Below are positions 15,570 to 23,255 of a DNA stretch of 32,000 bases, piece by piece. The notes under the pieces are model-generated. The model was not told where the DNA came from, did no database searches, and saw only the letters and a program-made list of their open reading frames with translations. The stretch comes from Candidatus Methanophagaceae archaeon. Lineage in GTDB: Archaea; Halobacteriota; Syntropharchaeia; Alkanophagales; Methanospirareceae. The stretch lies in contig PQXB01000001.1 in the NCBI GenBank assembly GCA_003194425.1, positions 580,444 to 612,443 of the forward strand, read 5' to 3'. How positions within the stretch are numbered: position 1 is the first letter of the stretch; every line of letters begins with the position of its first letter. A program made the translations under genes and the position numbers.

Positions 15570-18500
15570 CTATTTTACCTCTACCTCCTCTACTTCCCCC
15601 AACTCTCTCTTTATCTTTTCCTCTATCCCAGCACCGAATGTTTCTGATATTATTTCCTCTATTTCTACTTCTCCTGCTTCTCCTGTTTCTCCTGCTTCTC
15701 CTGTTTCTCCTGCTTCTCCTGTTTCTCCTGTTTTTCCTGCTCCTACCTCTCCCGCCTCATAATTCCACTCTGCAGTGTCGCTGTCTACGACCTCGTGTGT
15801 CACTGGGTTGAGCAGTTCTACAGACCAAGTGGCAGTGAAATCGGTCGTCCCCCAGCCGTCTACAAGCATCCCAACTTGGATGGAATAGTCGGCACCCGCT
15901 GGTAAGAGCACAGGAAAAGGTTCTACGATTGTCGTCTGATTGCCTTCGCCAGATATTTCCAAGTACCACGCAACCAGCAGCAGTTGAGCAGTAGGCGTCG
16001 GATTTTCCAAGTCCAGCGTAATCTGCATCGTCTCGCCGGGCTGGTAGGTCGCCTTGTCGGTTGCGATTCCGACCGTCGGTTTCAGTTCCACCGAAACAGC
16101 CTCAAAAACGCTCTCCATCGAGAGATACAAAAACTTATCCTCCAAGACCTCCTTAAACTCCTTGAACGCCTTCTTCTCCTCGGGCGTCGCTGTTTTGGTC
16201 TTGCACTTCGTCCGCAGTTCAAAAAGCCGCTCTGGGAACACCGTTTCCTTCACCGCCACCTCTACCGCTCTGCCGACTGACTTCCGAACAAAAAGGTAGT
16301 CGTAGTTCTCTGCGCTGAGGTTCGCAGCGTCTGTCCCTGGAGGCAGTTCAATCTCCAAATCTTCCGCCGACTCCGAGCCCAGAATGTACTCAAAGGTCTC
16401 TTCGTGCCCGTCAGAAGGGTGCGCACAGACAATTTTCACATCGCCGCGCTGCGGAAAGCCGGGAAAGCCTTCCCACAAATCTTCTTCCGAGAACGCCCGC
16501 AGCGTTGACCTAAACGCAACTGCAACGCAGGGGCAGACGTGTCCGTGAGGCGTGCTCGCCTCTTCCAGCGAAATCTCAAGCAATTCTCCGCTCTCGCCCT
16601 CGTCTTCGTCCCCGCGGTCGTAAATCAGAACCGCAGGGTAGGAGAGTTCCTTCGCCGCCGTGACTTCCAGCCACTCCGTCGCTGTCGGGTGCGGTGTCAG
16701 CGCCCGCTGCCCTTTCTCGGGGTAGCCGTAGTTCAGACCCGCGAGCAGCATCTTCGGAATGTACCTCCCTGTGAAGAAGCCCTCGCTCGTCATTCGCGGA
16801 ACCACAATCGGATACGAACTCGCCGAAACCTCCTCCACGACCGTGCGAACCGTGAGGTCGGTCGGGTAGTCTTCGGGCTGGTAGACGAACGAGAACCGCA
16901 CATCCTCGATGTTTATGCCCTTACTGTGACGCAGAATCAATTTCACCTTCTCGGCGAGCGACTCTGAACTGTTCACCCAAGCCCTGAAGTATTTCTCTGC
17001 AAACTCGCCGTGACTGACAATTACGACCGTCTCGCTCTCAGGATTTTCGCACACGCCCGCTGCTCGGTCCGCTAAAATCTCTGCAACCGCCCAGTGGTCG
17101 TCAGTCGCGTCGGTAAGCACGATTTCCGCAGTGGTCTCGACTGGAACGAGCTCTTCTTCTTCGCCGCCGTGCCTTGCACTTGCACCCGCACCTAACGGTG
17201 TGTAAGAAACGAAGTACCGACCGTCTCTGGATTCAATAACTGACCGTTCCATTTCCACGCCTTCTACGAATGCCCGCGTTCTCGCCGCCAAAGCAGATTC
17301 AGGCAGTTCCTCCCGCAACCCGAGCACGTACTCAATCTCTTCAATGTGCCCGCTGTCCGAAGAAATGAACAACGGCACTGCGACAATCTTCGTTACGCCC
17401 TGCTCGTCGAGTTTCTCAACCGCCTCGTGAATGAGATTGTAGCCCTCCAGTTCGCCAACGAACTCCAAGTAGCCCACTTCTGTCGGGTAGCCCAGGCTCA
17501 TATTTTCCACCGTTTCTCTGATCGGCTTGCACCAGCTCTCGCTTGGACTCCCGTGTGCCAGCACTAAAATCCCAATTTGCTCGTAGTTCTCGCTCGGCTC
17601 AACCAGCGGGTAGCGGTCTGGGTTGTCACCGCCGCTGCCTGCGATTTCGTACGCCGTCTCGCCAATTCCGTCTCTGTTCGCGTCGCCGTCTTTGTCCGCG
17701 TCGCTTCCCGCGTAGTCGCTCCAGTAGTTGCCCAAGTAGTTCGTGTAGTCTCTGCCGTCGTAGGTGTAGTCGATTTCTACCAGCGAGTTCCAGTTGTTCG
17801 TCGAGCCATTCCCTACCGCGTTCTGCGTGTTGTTCACGAAGTCGTTGAGGTAGACGGTGCTGTCCGAAGTATTTAGGAGTTTTATTCCGCACTCGTAGTC
17901 AGAGACGACGTTTCGGGTAACCGTTGCAGTCACTTCGCCTGCCGGGTACAAGAAAGGATGGTGTGTATTATCTCCTATGATAATACCTGTACCCGAACCA
18001 CCAGTGAACTGATTGTTGTCTATGGTAGCTGTGATGTAGCCCTCACCGATATAGTAAGGCGGACTCCTTGCGTAGGTGCCGAGAACGATACCACTTGGCT
18101 CCACCCCAGAAAGCCCTGCTGCGTTCACCGCATTATCCTCGATAAAGACAGAACACTGACCCACTCCTTCCATCCCTGCAACGATCCAGAAACCTGCCTG
18201 GTTGTCGGTAAGTGTATTGCCCTGTGCCGAACCGTTTGATTCAAAAAATCCGATTGCGGAGGCATACCACCACTCGTCGGTATAAATGTGACCACTAATA
18301 GTATTGTCGTTCACAGTAGCTGTGGCACCCATTATCAAGATTCCACACTGGTCTGGAAAGTCTTTTGAACTCAAACCGATAACAGTGTTTTCAGTAACCA
18401 CAGCTTTGGGATTCGCAAAAATGCCTACACCCCAATTTGTATAGTCGTGGATATCGTTCTCGTTGATGGTTATATTAGAGTCAGAAAACACCGCTATGCC

Positions 18501-19568
18501 TGCACCATTGAGCCACACCTTTTCCTCCTCAATAAACTCTCCCCAGATGTTTTTGATCTCGTTCCCCTCGATAATTCCGTCGGCGTTGTAGTACACGATG
18601 CCATCTATATCAACGCTTGCGGAACTGCCATCGATAACAAAACCGGTGATGTCTACGCTGATGTTACCAGAACTTCCGTTTACCATTACTACCGGCGTGG
18701 CAGACATTGACATCATTTTAGTTTCAATGAAATACTCTTCAAGCACTTCTGCAGGTGCCCGAATTTCCGGTCTCTCGCTCTCCCTCTCGCCGCCTTCGCT
18801 TTCCGCAGCCCTCAAATCCAGACTCTTCGCAATGTACAACTGCTCCTCGTAAATCCCCTCGTGCACCACTACCGTGTCCCCCTCGTCGGCGTTGTCAATC
18901 GCGTCCTGAATCGAAATCCCTTCGACCACGTGCCACTCGTCAGTCCGCGTGAACGTGCCTTCCCACTCCGCCACTACGACGCCTGTTTCATTTCTCGCTA
19001 CCCAACTGTGCACCAACGTGTCCTCGCCCACAAAAATCTCAATCTCCTGGCAGGAGAGATTCTCGGTGATGCCAAACTCAGGAAGACCACCCTCTAATTC
19101 GTAGGAGGCACCGTAGCCGTTTGCCAGCAAATCGAAATACCTCGGCTCCTCGTCGCCCTCTGCAATTACAAGCTTCCCCTTATCCGCGTCCCACCACGTT
19201 TCGCCTGTCTCTGCCTCCTCCTCGCCTTCCATTATTGCAACAAAATCAGCAGCAGTCGGTCCAGTCAGAACAACCGTTCTCGTGCCGATGAAGGGAATTT
19301 CCTGCTCCCCCATCGTAAAACTGCCATTCATATCCCAGGCGCCTGAAAGACGCTCGAAAAGCACTTCAGGTGCAATCGCTCGCACTTCAGCTCGCACTTC
19401 AGGTGGCGGGTCGTCTACCTGCTCGCCCACTCCTTCTCCTCCTCTTTCTGCACCCACAATTCCCACAATTCCCAACGCAAGCACTCCTAACAACAAAATC
19501 CCCGTCGTCACTACTCCAATTCTTACTACTCCAATTCCTATCCCTCTTCTTTTTGGTTTTGCCTTCAT
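15570..19568 (-). CDS. Large membrane-anchored multidomain protein: N-terminal signal-anchor, right-handed beta-helix (NosD/pectin-lyase-like), two-lobed CbiX/SirB-like class II chelatase region, FmdE-like region, Ig-like domain, acidic repeat tail
   Basis: 1332 aa. The N-terminus is KPKRR plus a hydrophobic stretch (aa 1-40). Beta-helix turns span aa ~212-655 (ITINENDI, NTISGH, IEDNAV, IDNNQF, ...DYAGSDADKDGDANRDGIGETAYEI...DRYPL). The CbiX-like lobes are ILVLAHGSP...KIVAVPLFISSDSGHIEEI (aa ~665-750) and VVIVSHGE...YPIVVPRMTSEGFF (aa ~848-935). The FmdE-like motif is TPHGHVCPCVAVAFR (aa ~1006). No further TM segment is seen. Domain calls come from motif recognition only. Confidence 0.8.
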   Translation of the reverse strand: MKAKPKRRGIGIGVVRIGVVTTGILLLGVLALGIVGIVGAERGGEGVGEQVDDPPPEVRAEVRAIAPEVLFERLSGAWDMNGSFTMGEQEIPFIGTRTVVLTGPTAADFVAIMEGEEEAETGETWWDADKGKLVIAEGDEEPRYFDLLANGYGASYELEGGLPEFGITENLSCQEIEIFVGEDTLVHSWVARNETGVVVAEWEGTFTRTDEWHVVEGISIQDAIDNADEGDTVVVHEGIYEEQLYIAKSLDLRAAESEGGERESERPEIRAPAEVLEEYFIETKMMSMSATPVVMVNGSSGNISVDITGFVIDGSSASVDIDGIVYYNADGIIEGNEIKNIWGEFIEEEKVWLNGAGIAVFSDSNITINENDIHDYTNWGVGIFANPKAVVTENTVIGLSSKDFPDQCGILIMGATATVNDNTISGHIYTDEWWYASAIGFFESNGSAQGNTLTDNQAGFWIVAGMEGVGQCSVFIEDNAVNAAGLSGVEPSGIVLGTYARSPPYYIGEGYITATIDNNQFTGGSGTGIIIGDNTHHPFLYPAGEVTATVTRNVVSDYECGIKLLNTSDSTVYLNDFVNNTQNAVGNGSTNNWNSLVEIDYTYDGRDYTNYLGNYWSDYAGSDADKDGDANRDGIGETAYEIAGSGGDNPDRYPLVEPSENYEQIGILVLAHGSPSESWCKPIRETVENMSLGYPTEVGYLEFVGELEGYNLIHEAVEKLDEQGVTKIVAVPLFISSDSGHIEEIEYVLGLREELPESALAARTRAFVEGVEMERSVIESRDGRYFVSYTPLGAGASARHGGEEEELVPVETTAEIVLTDATDDHWAVAEILADRAAGVCENPESETVVIVSHGEFAEKYFRAWVNSSESLAEKVKLILRHSKGINIEDVRFSFVYQPEDYPTDLTVRTVVEEVSASSYPIVVPRMTSEGFFTGRYIPKMLLAGLNYGYPEKGQRALTPHPTATEWLEVTAAKELSYPAVLIYDRGDEDEGESGELLEISLEEASTPHGHVCPCVAVAFRSTLRAFSEEDLWEGFPGFPQRGDVKIVCAHPSDGHEETFEYILGSESAEDLEIELPPGTDAANLSAENYDYLFVRKSVGRAVEVAVKETVFPERLFELRTKCKTKTATPEEKKAFKEFKEVLEDKFLYLSMESVFEAVSVELKPTVGIATDKATYQPGETMQITLDLENPTPTAQLLLVAWYLEISGEGNQTTIVEPFPVLLPAGADYSIQVGMLVDGWGTTDFTATWSVELLNPVTHEVVDSDTAEWNYEAGEVGAGKTGETGEAGETGEAGETGEAGEVEIEEIISETFGAGIEEKIKRELGEVEEVEVK
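15669..15740. repeat. 9/18-nt tandem array (ttctcctg[c/t]) x8 in the 3' end of the large protein gene
   Basis: Eight 9-mers from 15669 to 15740. They encode GKTGETGEAGETGEAGETGEAGE. Confidence 0.9.
19379..19402. repeat. 12-nt tandem duplication (ctcgcacttcag x2) near the 5' end of the large protein gene
   Basis: Copies at 19379-19390 and 19391-19402, encoding EVRAEVRA. Nearby is a 9-nt x2 repeat cccacaatt (19453-19470, GIVGIVG) inside the membrane anchor. Confidence 0.9.
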
Positions 19569-19780
19569 TTTTCTTGTTTTCCCCTAATTTTTCACTTTCT
19601 TTCTGAATTTCAGAAGAAAAAGAGTGTTGTTAGGTGCATAAAAATTAACCCCTAAAAAGTCTTGGTTTCAAGAACCAAGCCTTAAGAATGTTAGGAAAGA
19701 AGAGACAAAACCGAAACAAGCTCTAAAATTTGTGCCGCACCTAAAGGGGTAAGGGCGCGATGAAAAAGTCTAACAAAGTT

Positions 19781-20242
19781 TTATTCGCCGTCTTCTTTCT
19801 GCTCTTCCAGCCCGTCCAAAACCAATACCTGCAGCGTGGGAAGAGCAGGCAGACGAGCGTCATTGGTCAGGAAGAAAGAAGCACCCTCGTGAATCGCCGT
19901 CGCCATTTGAATGGCATCTGGCGTCCGAATGTTATGTTCTGCACGCAACCGAGCAGCCTCTTCCGCGATCTCGTGTGAAAGTAGCAGAGTAGTGAGGTTC
20001 TCTGCATTGAGCAGGATTTCACGATATTCTTGAGCCAGCGCGGTGTCTCCGTATCTGAAGGGGTGAACCAGCACCTCCAGCAAAGTCACGACAGAAGTAA
20101 CCACCCTGAACTCGCCTCGATCCATCGCGACAAAGAATGGGCGAATTTTTTCCAAATAGGTCGGGTCTTCCTCAATAAAATAGATAAGAGGCGAGGTGTC
20201 CAAGCCCACTATCTTTCCTCGCAGATTTTCTATCCATCCCAC
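19781..20242 (-). CDS. vapC: PIN-domain ribonuclease toxin (VapC family)
   Basis: 153 aa. The four conserved acidic positions sit in the usual context: GLDTSPLIYF, TLLEVLV, TPDAIQMATA, FLTNDARL. The GTG start at 20242 overlaps the upstream antitoxin by 13 nt. Confidence 0.8.
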   Translation of the reverse strand: MGWIENLRGKIVGLDTSPLIYFIEEDPTYLEKIRPFFVAMDRGEFRVVTSVVTLLEVLVHPFRYGDTALAQEYREILLNAENLTTLLLSHEIAEEAARLRAEHNIRTPDAIQMATAIHEGASFFLTNDARLPALPTLQVLVLDGLEEQKEDGE

Positions 20243-20451
20243 GATGCACGCTCCCTGTCTATGAATTCTTGAGCGTCAAGACCCTGCCAGATTTTCTTAC
20301 CCAGCCCCTGCAACTCCAAAATGCTGCGACGAGATCGAGAAGCAGTCCGAGACCGAACTAAAGCCGCTAATTCTTCTAAGAGGCGAAACTGCTCAACAGG
20401 GTCGAGCTGCTGTATTCGAACCAGCAATTCTTTGTACTTCAGCGTTTGCAT
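20230..20451 (-). CDS. Putative type II antitoxin partner of VapC
   Basis: 73 aa, immediately upstream of the PIN gene and overlapping it. The sequence is helical and charged, with C-terminal ILELQGLGKKIWQGLDAQEFIDRERASW. The assignment is mainly by position. Confidence 0.6.
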   Translation of the reverse strand: MQTLKYKELLVRIQQLDPVEQFRLLEELAALVRSRTASRSRRSILELQGLGKKIWQGLDAQEFIDRERASWDG

Positions 20452-20577
20452 TGTGATATTCTTCCTTACTTTCTTTTATTATTTTACAGACCATTAAAGC
20501 TTCACCTCCCTTCCAAATATTCCGCCCCTTGTAGACCTCTTCAATCTTGTCTGCGAGCTCCTCTGGAAAATCGGTTA

Positions 20578-20593
20578 ATTCTACGATTCTACG
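20578..20593. repeat. 8-nt perfect tandem duplication (attctacg x2)
   Basis: Copies at 20578-20585 and 20586-20593. The unit is not a multiple of 3 and lies inside the small antitoxin-like ORF. Confidence 0.9.
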
Positions 20594-20718
20594 AACTCCG
20601 CTAAATCCAATCTCTTTGTTAACCTCTCTGTCACTTCATTAATGCTCTCTCCCTCGCCCTTTAACTTCGACAGGGATTTGTAGGCATTTTCGGAAATTGT
20701 CAGTGTCGTGTGTTCCAT
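20581..20718 (-). pseudogene. Truncated COG1753/VapB-like antitoxin ORF disrupted by an 8-bp tandem duplication
   Basis: My translation is MEHTTLTISENAYKSLSKLKGEGESINEVTERLTKRLDLAEFVES*. The N-terminus fits the pattern M..I.I.d..Y..L...K...ES.s.vi..L of small archaeal antitoxins. The frame breaks exactly at the duplicated attctacg (20578-20593). Confidence 0.5.
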
Positions 20719-20763
20719 AATAAAATTTTAGATCTAATTGTATTTAAGGTTTAGTTAGCTACT

Positions 20764-20791
20764 CTACTCGTACCGCTCTACTCGTACCGCA
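20764..20791. repeat. 14-nt tandem duplication (ctactcgtaccgc[t/a] x2) straddling the stop codon of permease 1
   Basis: Copies at 20764-20777 and 20778-20791. The copy inside the CDS contains the stop (20778-20780) and the last codons (AVRYE*). The second copy lies in the 3' flank. Confidence 0.9.
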
Positions 20792-21968
20792 CCGCTTCAA
20801 CGGGGCTCATTTTTGACGCCTTCCTCGCGGGGTAAAACCCAGAGAGAACGCCGACGACCAAAGCGACCGCCACGCCGGCGAGTAGAACCTCGGGCTTCAC
20901 AATCGCCGCAATTTCCACGCCAAATCTCGCACCGATTCCGAAACTTATTCCCTTCGCAGCGGCGACGCCGAGCAGACAGCCCGCCACCCCGCCTACCACG
21001 CTCACCAGCCCCGCCTCGGTCAGAAAGAGGAAGAGAATATTCCTGTTCTTCGCTCCGATCGCTTTCATTACGCCAATCTCGTGCGTCCGCTCCATCACAG
21101 CCATCAGCGTTGTGTTCATTATGCCCATCGAGGCGACGACGAGCGAGATCGAACCGATGGCGAGCAGGAAAACCTGAAGAATTCCTAAAACATCTTCTAA
21201 CGCTTTTATCGCACTGCCCATCGTCATTGCCGATGTAAAATCGTCCAATTTGTGGTTCTCGTCGATTCGCTCCTCTATTTCGTCCGCAATCCGCTCCGCG
21301 TCCTCAATGTCCCACAGCCGCACGAAGATTTTTGAAATATCTCGAGTCTGAAAAATATCTACCGCGTCCTGTTTCGTTACATATATTTCTGAATCAACAT
21401 TTGACCTGAACCCACCCTGCTCTTCCAGCACGCCAACGACCCTGAATTTACTGCCGTTTATCGTCAGCCGGTCGTTCTGCCCAATCTCGTCGTCAAAATA
21501 ATCCCACGCGACGCGGTGCCCGATTTCACAGGTTCTGTGGTCGTTCTCTTTTAACCACCGCCCCTCCTCCAATTTCACCACCTCGCCAAATACCGTGCTC
21601 ATTTCTCTCGGCTCTGTCCCCACGATATTTATCATAATTTTATCGCCGCGGTACTCCACCTCCTGCATCCCGCCAAGCATTCCCGCCGCCTCTTTCACCC
21701 CGCTTATCCGTTCTACATCTCTCAAATCACGCTCGTCAAAACTGCCAAGTTCAAGGTAGCCTGTCTCAAGACTCATCCTGCCCGGCATCACAATTATCAC
21801 ATCCGCCATCTCGCTCAACTGCCCGGTTATTGATTCCTGCATTCCGTAGCCGAGCGAGGTCAGCGCGATTACGGCGCCGATGCCGATCGCAATGCCGAGC
21901 CCCGTCAGTGCAGCACGAGCCTTCCGCTCTTTTAGATTCCGATAGACCAGCAGAAACGCGTCCTTCAT
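20778..21968 (-). CDS. ABC transporter permease, MacB/FtsX type (paralog 1)
   Basis: The layout is an N-terminal TM, a large extracytoplasmic MacB-PCD-like domain and a C-terminal FtsX 3-TM region (MAVMERTHEIGVMKAIGAK..., SGFYPARKASKMSPVEAVRYE). I prefer the ATG at 21968 (ggaggtttgaaaATG, MKDAFLLVYRNLKERK). The ORF-track extension to 22025 merely translates an intergenic repeat. Confidence 0.85.
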   Translation of the reverse strand: MKDAFLLVYRNLKERKARAALTGLGIAIGIGAVIALTSLGYGMQESITGQLSEMADVIIVMPGRMSLETGYLELGSFDERDLRDVERISGVKEAAGMLGGMQEVEYRGDKIMINIVGTEPREMSTVFGEVVKLEEGRWLKENDHRTCEIGHRVAWDYFDDEIGQNDRLTINGSKFRVVGVLEEQGGFRSNVDSEIYVTKQDAVDIFQTRDISKIFVRLWDIEDAERIADEIEERIDENHKLDDFTSAMTMGSAIKALEDVLGILQVFLLAIGSISLVVASMGIMNTTLMAVMERTHEIGVMKAIGAKNRNILFLFLTEAGLVSVVGGVAGCLLGVAAAKGISFGIGARFGVEIAAIVKPEVLLAGVAVALVVGVLSGFYPARKASKMSPVEAVRYE

Positions 21969-21986
21969 TTTCAAACCTCCCTTCTT

Positions 21987-22031
21987 CCCCGCTACCCCAC
22001 TCCCCGCTACCCCACTCCCCGTCACCCCACT
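21987..22031. repeat. Intergenic 15-nt tandem repeat x3 (ccccg[c/t][t/c]accccact) between the two permease genes
   Basis: Copies at 21987, 22002 and 22017. Confidence 0.9.
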
Positions 22032-22034
22032 ACC

Positions 22035-23222
22035 CTACCCGTACCGCACGGCTTCGACGGGGCTCATTTTTGACGCCTTCCTCGCGGGGTAGAAGCCCGA
22101 GAGAACTCCGACGACCAAAGCGACCGCCACGCCGGCGAGCAGAACCTCGGGCTTCACAACCGCTGCGATTTCTATTCCAAAGCCCGTGCCTGCTCCGATG
22201 CTTATGATCTTTGCGAGAACGACACCCAGCCCGCAGCCCGCTACACCGCCAACAAGACTAACCAAGCCGGATTCGAGCAGGAAAAGAGAGAGGACATCGT
22301 GGCTTTTTGCTCCGATCGCTTTCATCACGCCGATTTCGTGCGTCCGCTCCATCACAGCCATCAGCATCGTGTTCATTATTCCAATCGAGGCGACGACGAG
22401 CGAAATCGCCCCGATTCCGACGAGAACGCCCCGAATAATATTGAAAATATCCCCAATCTGCTCTATCATGCTGCCCATCGTCATTGCGTTCGCGAAATCG
22501 TCGAGCCCGTGGTTGTCGTTTATCACGTCCTCAATCTCCGCTGCAATCTCCTCCGCCTCCGCCACTTCGTAGACCCGAACCATTATGTAGCTAACATCGT
22601 CGGTCTTCAGCACCTCCTTTACGGCACGGTGCGTAAGAAAAATATAGGAGTCAATCTCCGCCGTCATCATTGTCCCCTTCCCAAACACCCCGACCACCAC
22701 GAATTTATCCCCGTTTATCAGCAATTTGTCGTTCACACGCACGACCTCGTCGAAGTAGTCGTTGGCGATGCGGTCTCCGATGACGCAGGCTTTGTAGTCG
22801 TTTTCCTTGAGCCACTTCCCCTCTTTCAGCCCCACGGACTCTAGATATATTTCGCCCAGCTCTTTGGTGTCGCCGCCGATGACATAAAGCGGCACTTTCT
22901 TGTTTCTGTATTCAACTTCCGCAGGGTCGTAGGTCATTGCTGCGACGGTTTTTATGCCGCCAATTCGGTTTATGTCTTTTACATCGCGGTCTGTGAAACT
23001 GCCCTTCTCAACATATTTCCCACCCCGTATTTCGCCGGGCAGCACCGCGATTATGTCCGCCATCTTCGTCAGTTCGCCTGTTATCGCCTGCTCCATTCCG
23101 AATCCGACGCTCATCAAAGCCACAATCGCAGCGATGCCAACTGCAATTCCCAGCACTGTAAGTAGCGAGCGAGCCTTCCGCTCCTTTATGCTCCTGAACG
23201 CCAGAAGAACTGCGTCTTTCAT
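22035..23222 (-). CDS. ABC transporter permease, MacB/FtsX type (paralog 2)
   Basis: 395 aa with the same architecture as paralog 1. The C-terminal 40 aa are nearly identical to paralog 1 (VKPEVLLAGVAVALVVGVLSGFYPARKASKMSPVEAVRY[GE]). Confidence 0.85.
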   Translation of the reverse strand: MKDAVLLAFRSIKERKARSLLTVLGIAVGIAAIVALMSVGFGMEQAITGELTKMADIIAVLPGEIRGGKYVEKGSFTDRDVKDINRIGGIKTVAAMTYDPAEVEYRNKKVPLYVIGGDTKELGEIYLESVGLKEGKWLKENDYKACVIGDRIANDYFDEVVRVNDKLLINGDKFVVVGVFGKGTMMTAEIDSYIFLTHRAVKEVLKTDDVSYIMVRVYEVAEAEEIAAEIEDVINDNHGLDDFANAMTMGSMIEQIGDIFNIIRGVLVGIGAISLVVASIGIMNTMLMAVMERTHEIGVMKAIGAKSHDVLSLFLLESGLVSLVGGVAGCGLGVVLAKIISIGAGTGFGIEIAAVVKPEVLLAGVAVALVVGVLSGFYPARKASKMSPVEAVRYG

Positions 23223-23255
23223 TTTTAAATAAAGTTATTAAATTTAAAGAGAATA

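Noticed and set aside
19629-19744. 8-bp inverted repeat (ttaggtgc ... gcacctaa) flanking about 100 nt that contains a cttggtt-tcaag-aaccaag hairpin; considered as a MITE or structured ncRNA
   Set aside because: The terminal repeats are too short, there are no target-site duplications and no second copy of the whole element in the window. The left arm is better explained as part of the promoter-like motif shared with 29129-29146. The hairpin may simply be a terminator-like element after the PIN gene.
21969-22025. N-terminal extension MTGSGVAGSGVAGKKGGLK of permease 1 given in the ORF track
   Set aside because: It starts at a GTG and translates the intergenic 15-nt repeat. A strong ggaggt-N6-ATG at 21968 gives the conserved MKDAFLL... 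N-terminus that parallels paralog 2.
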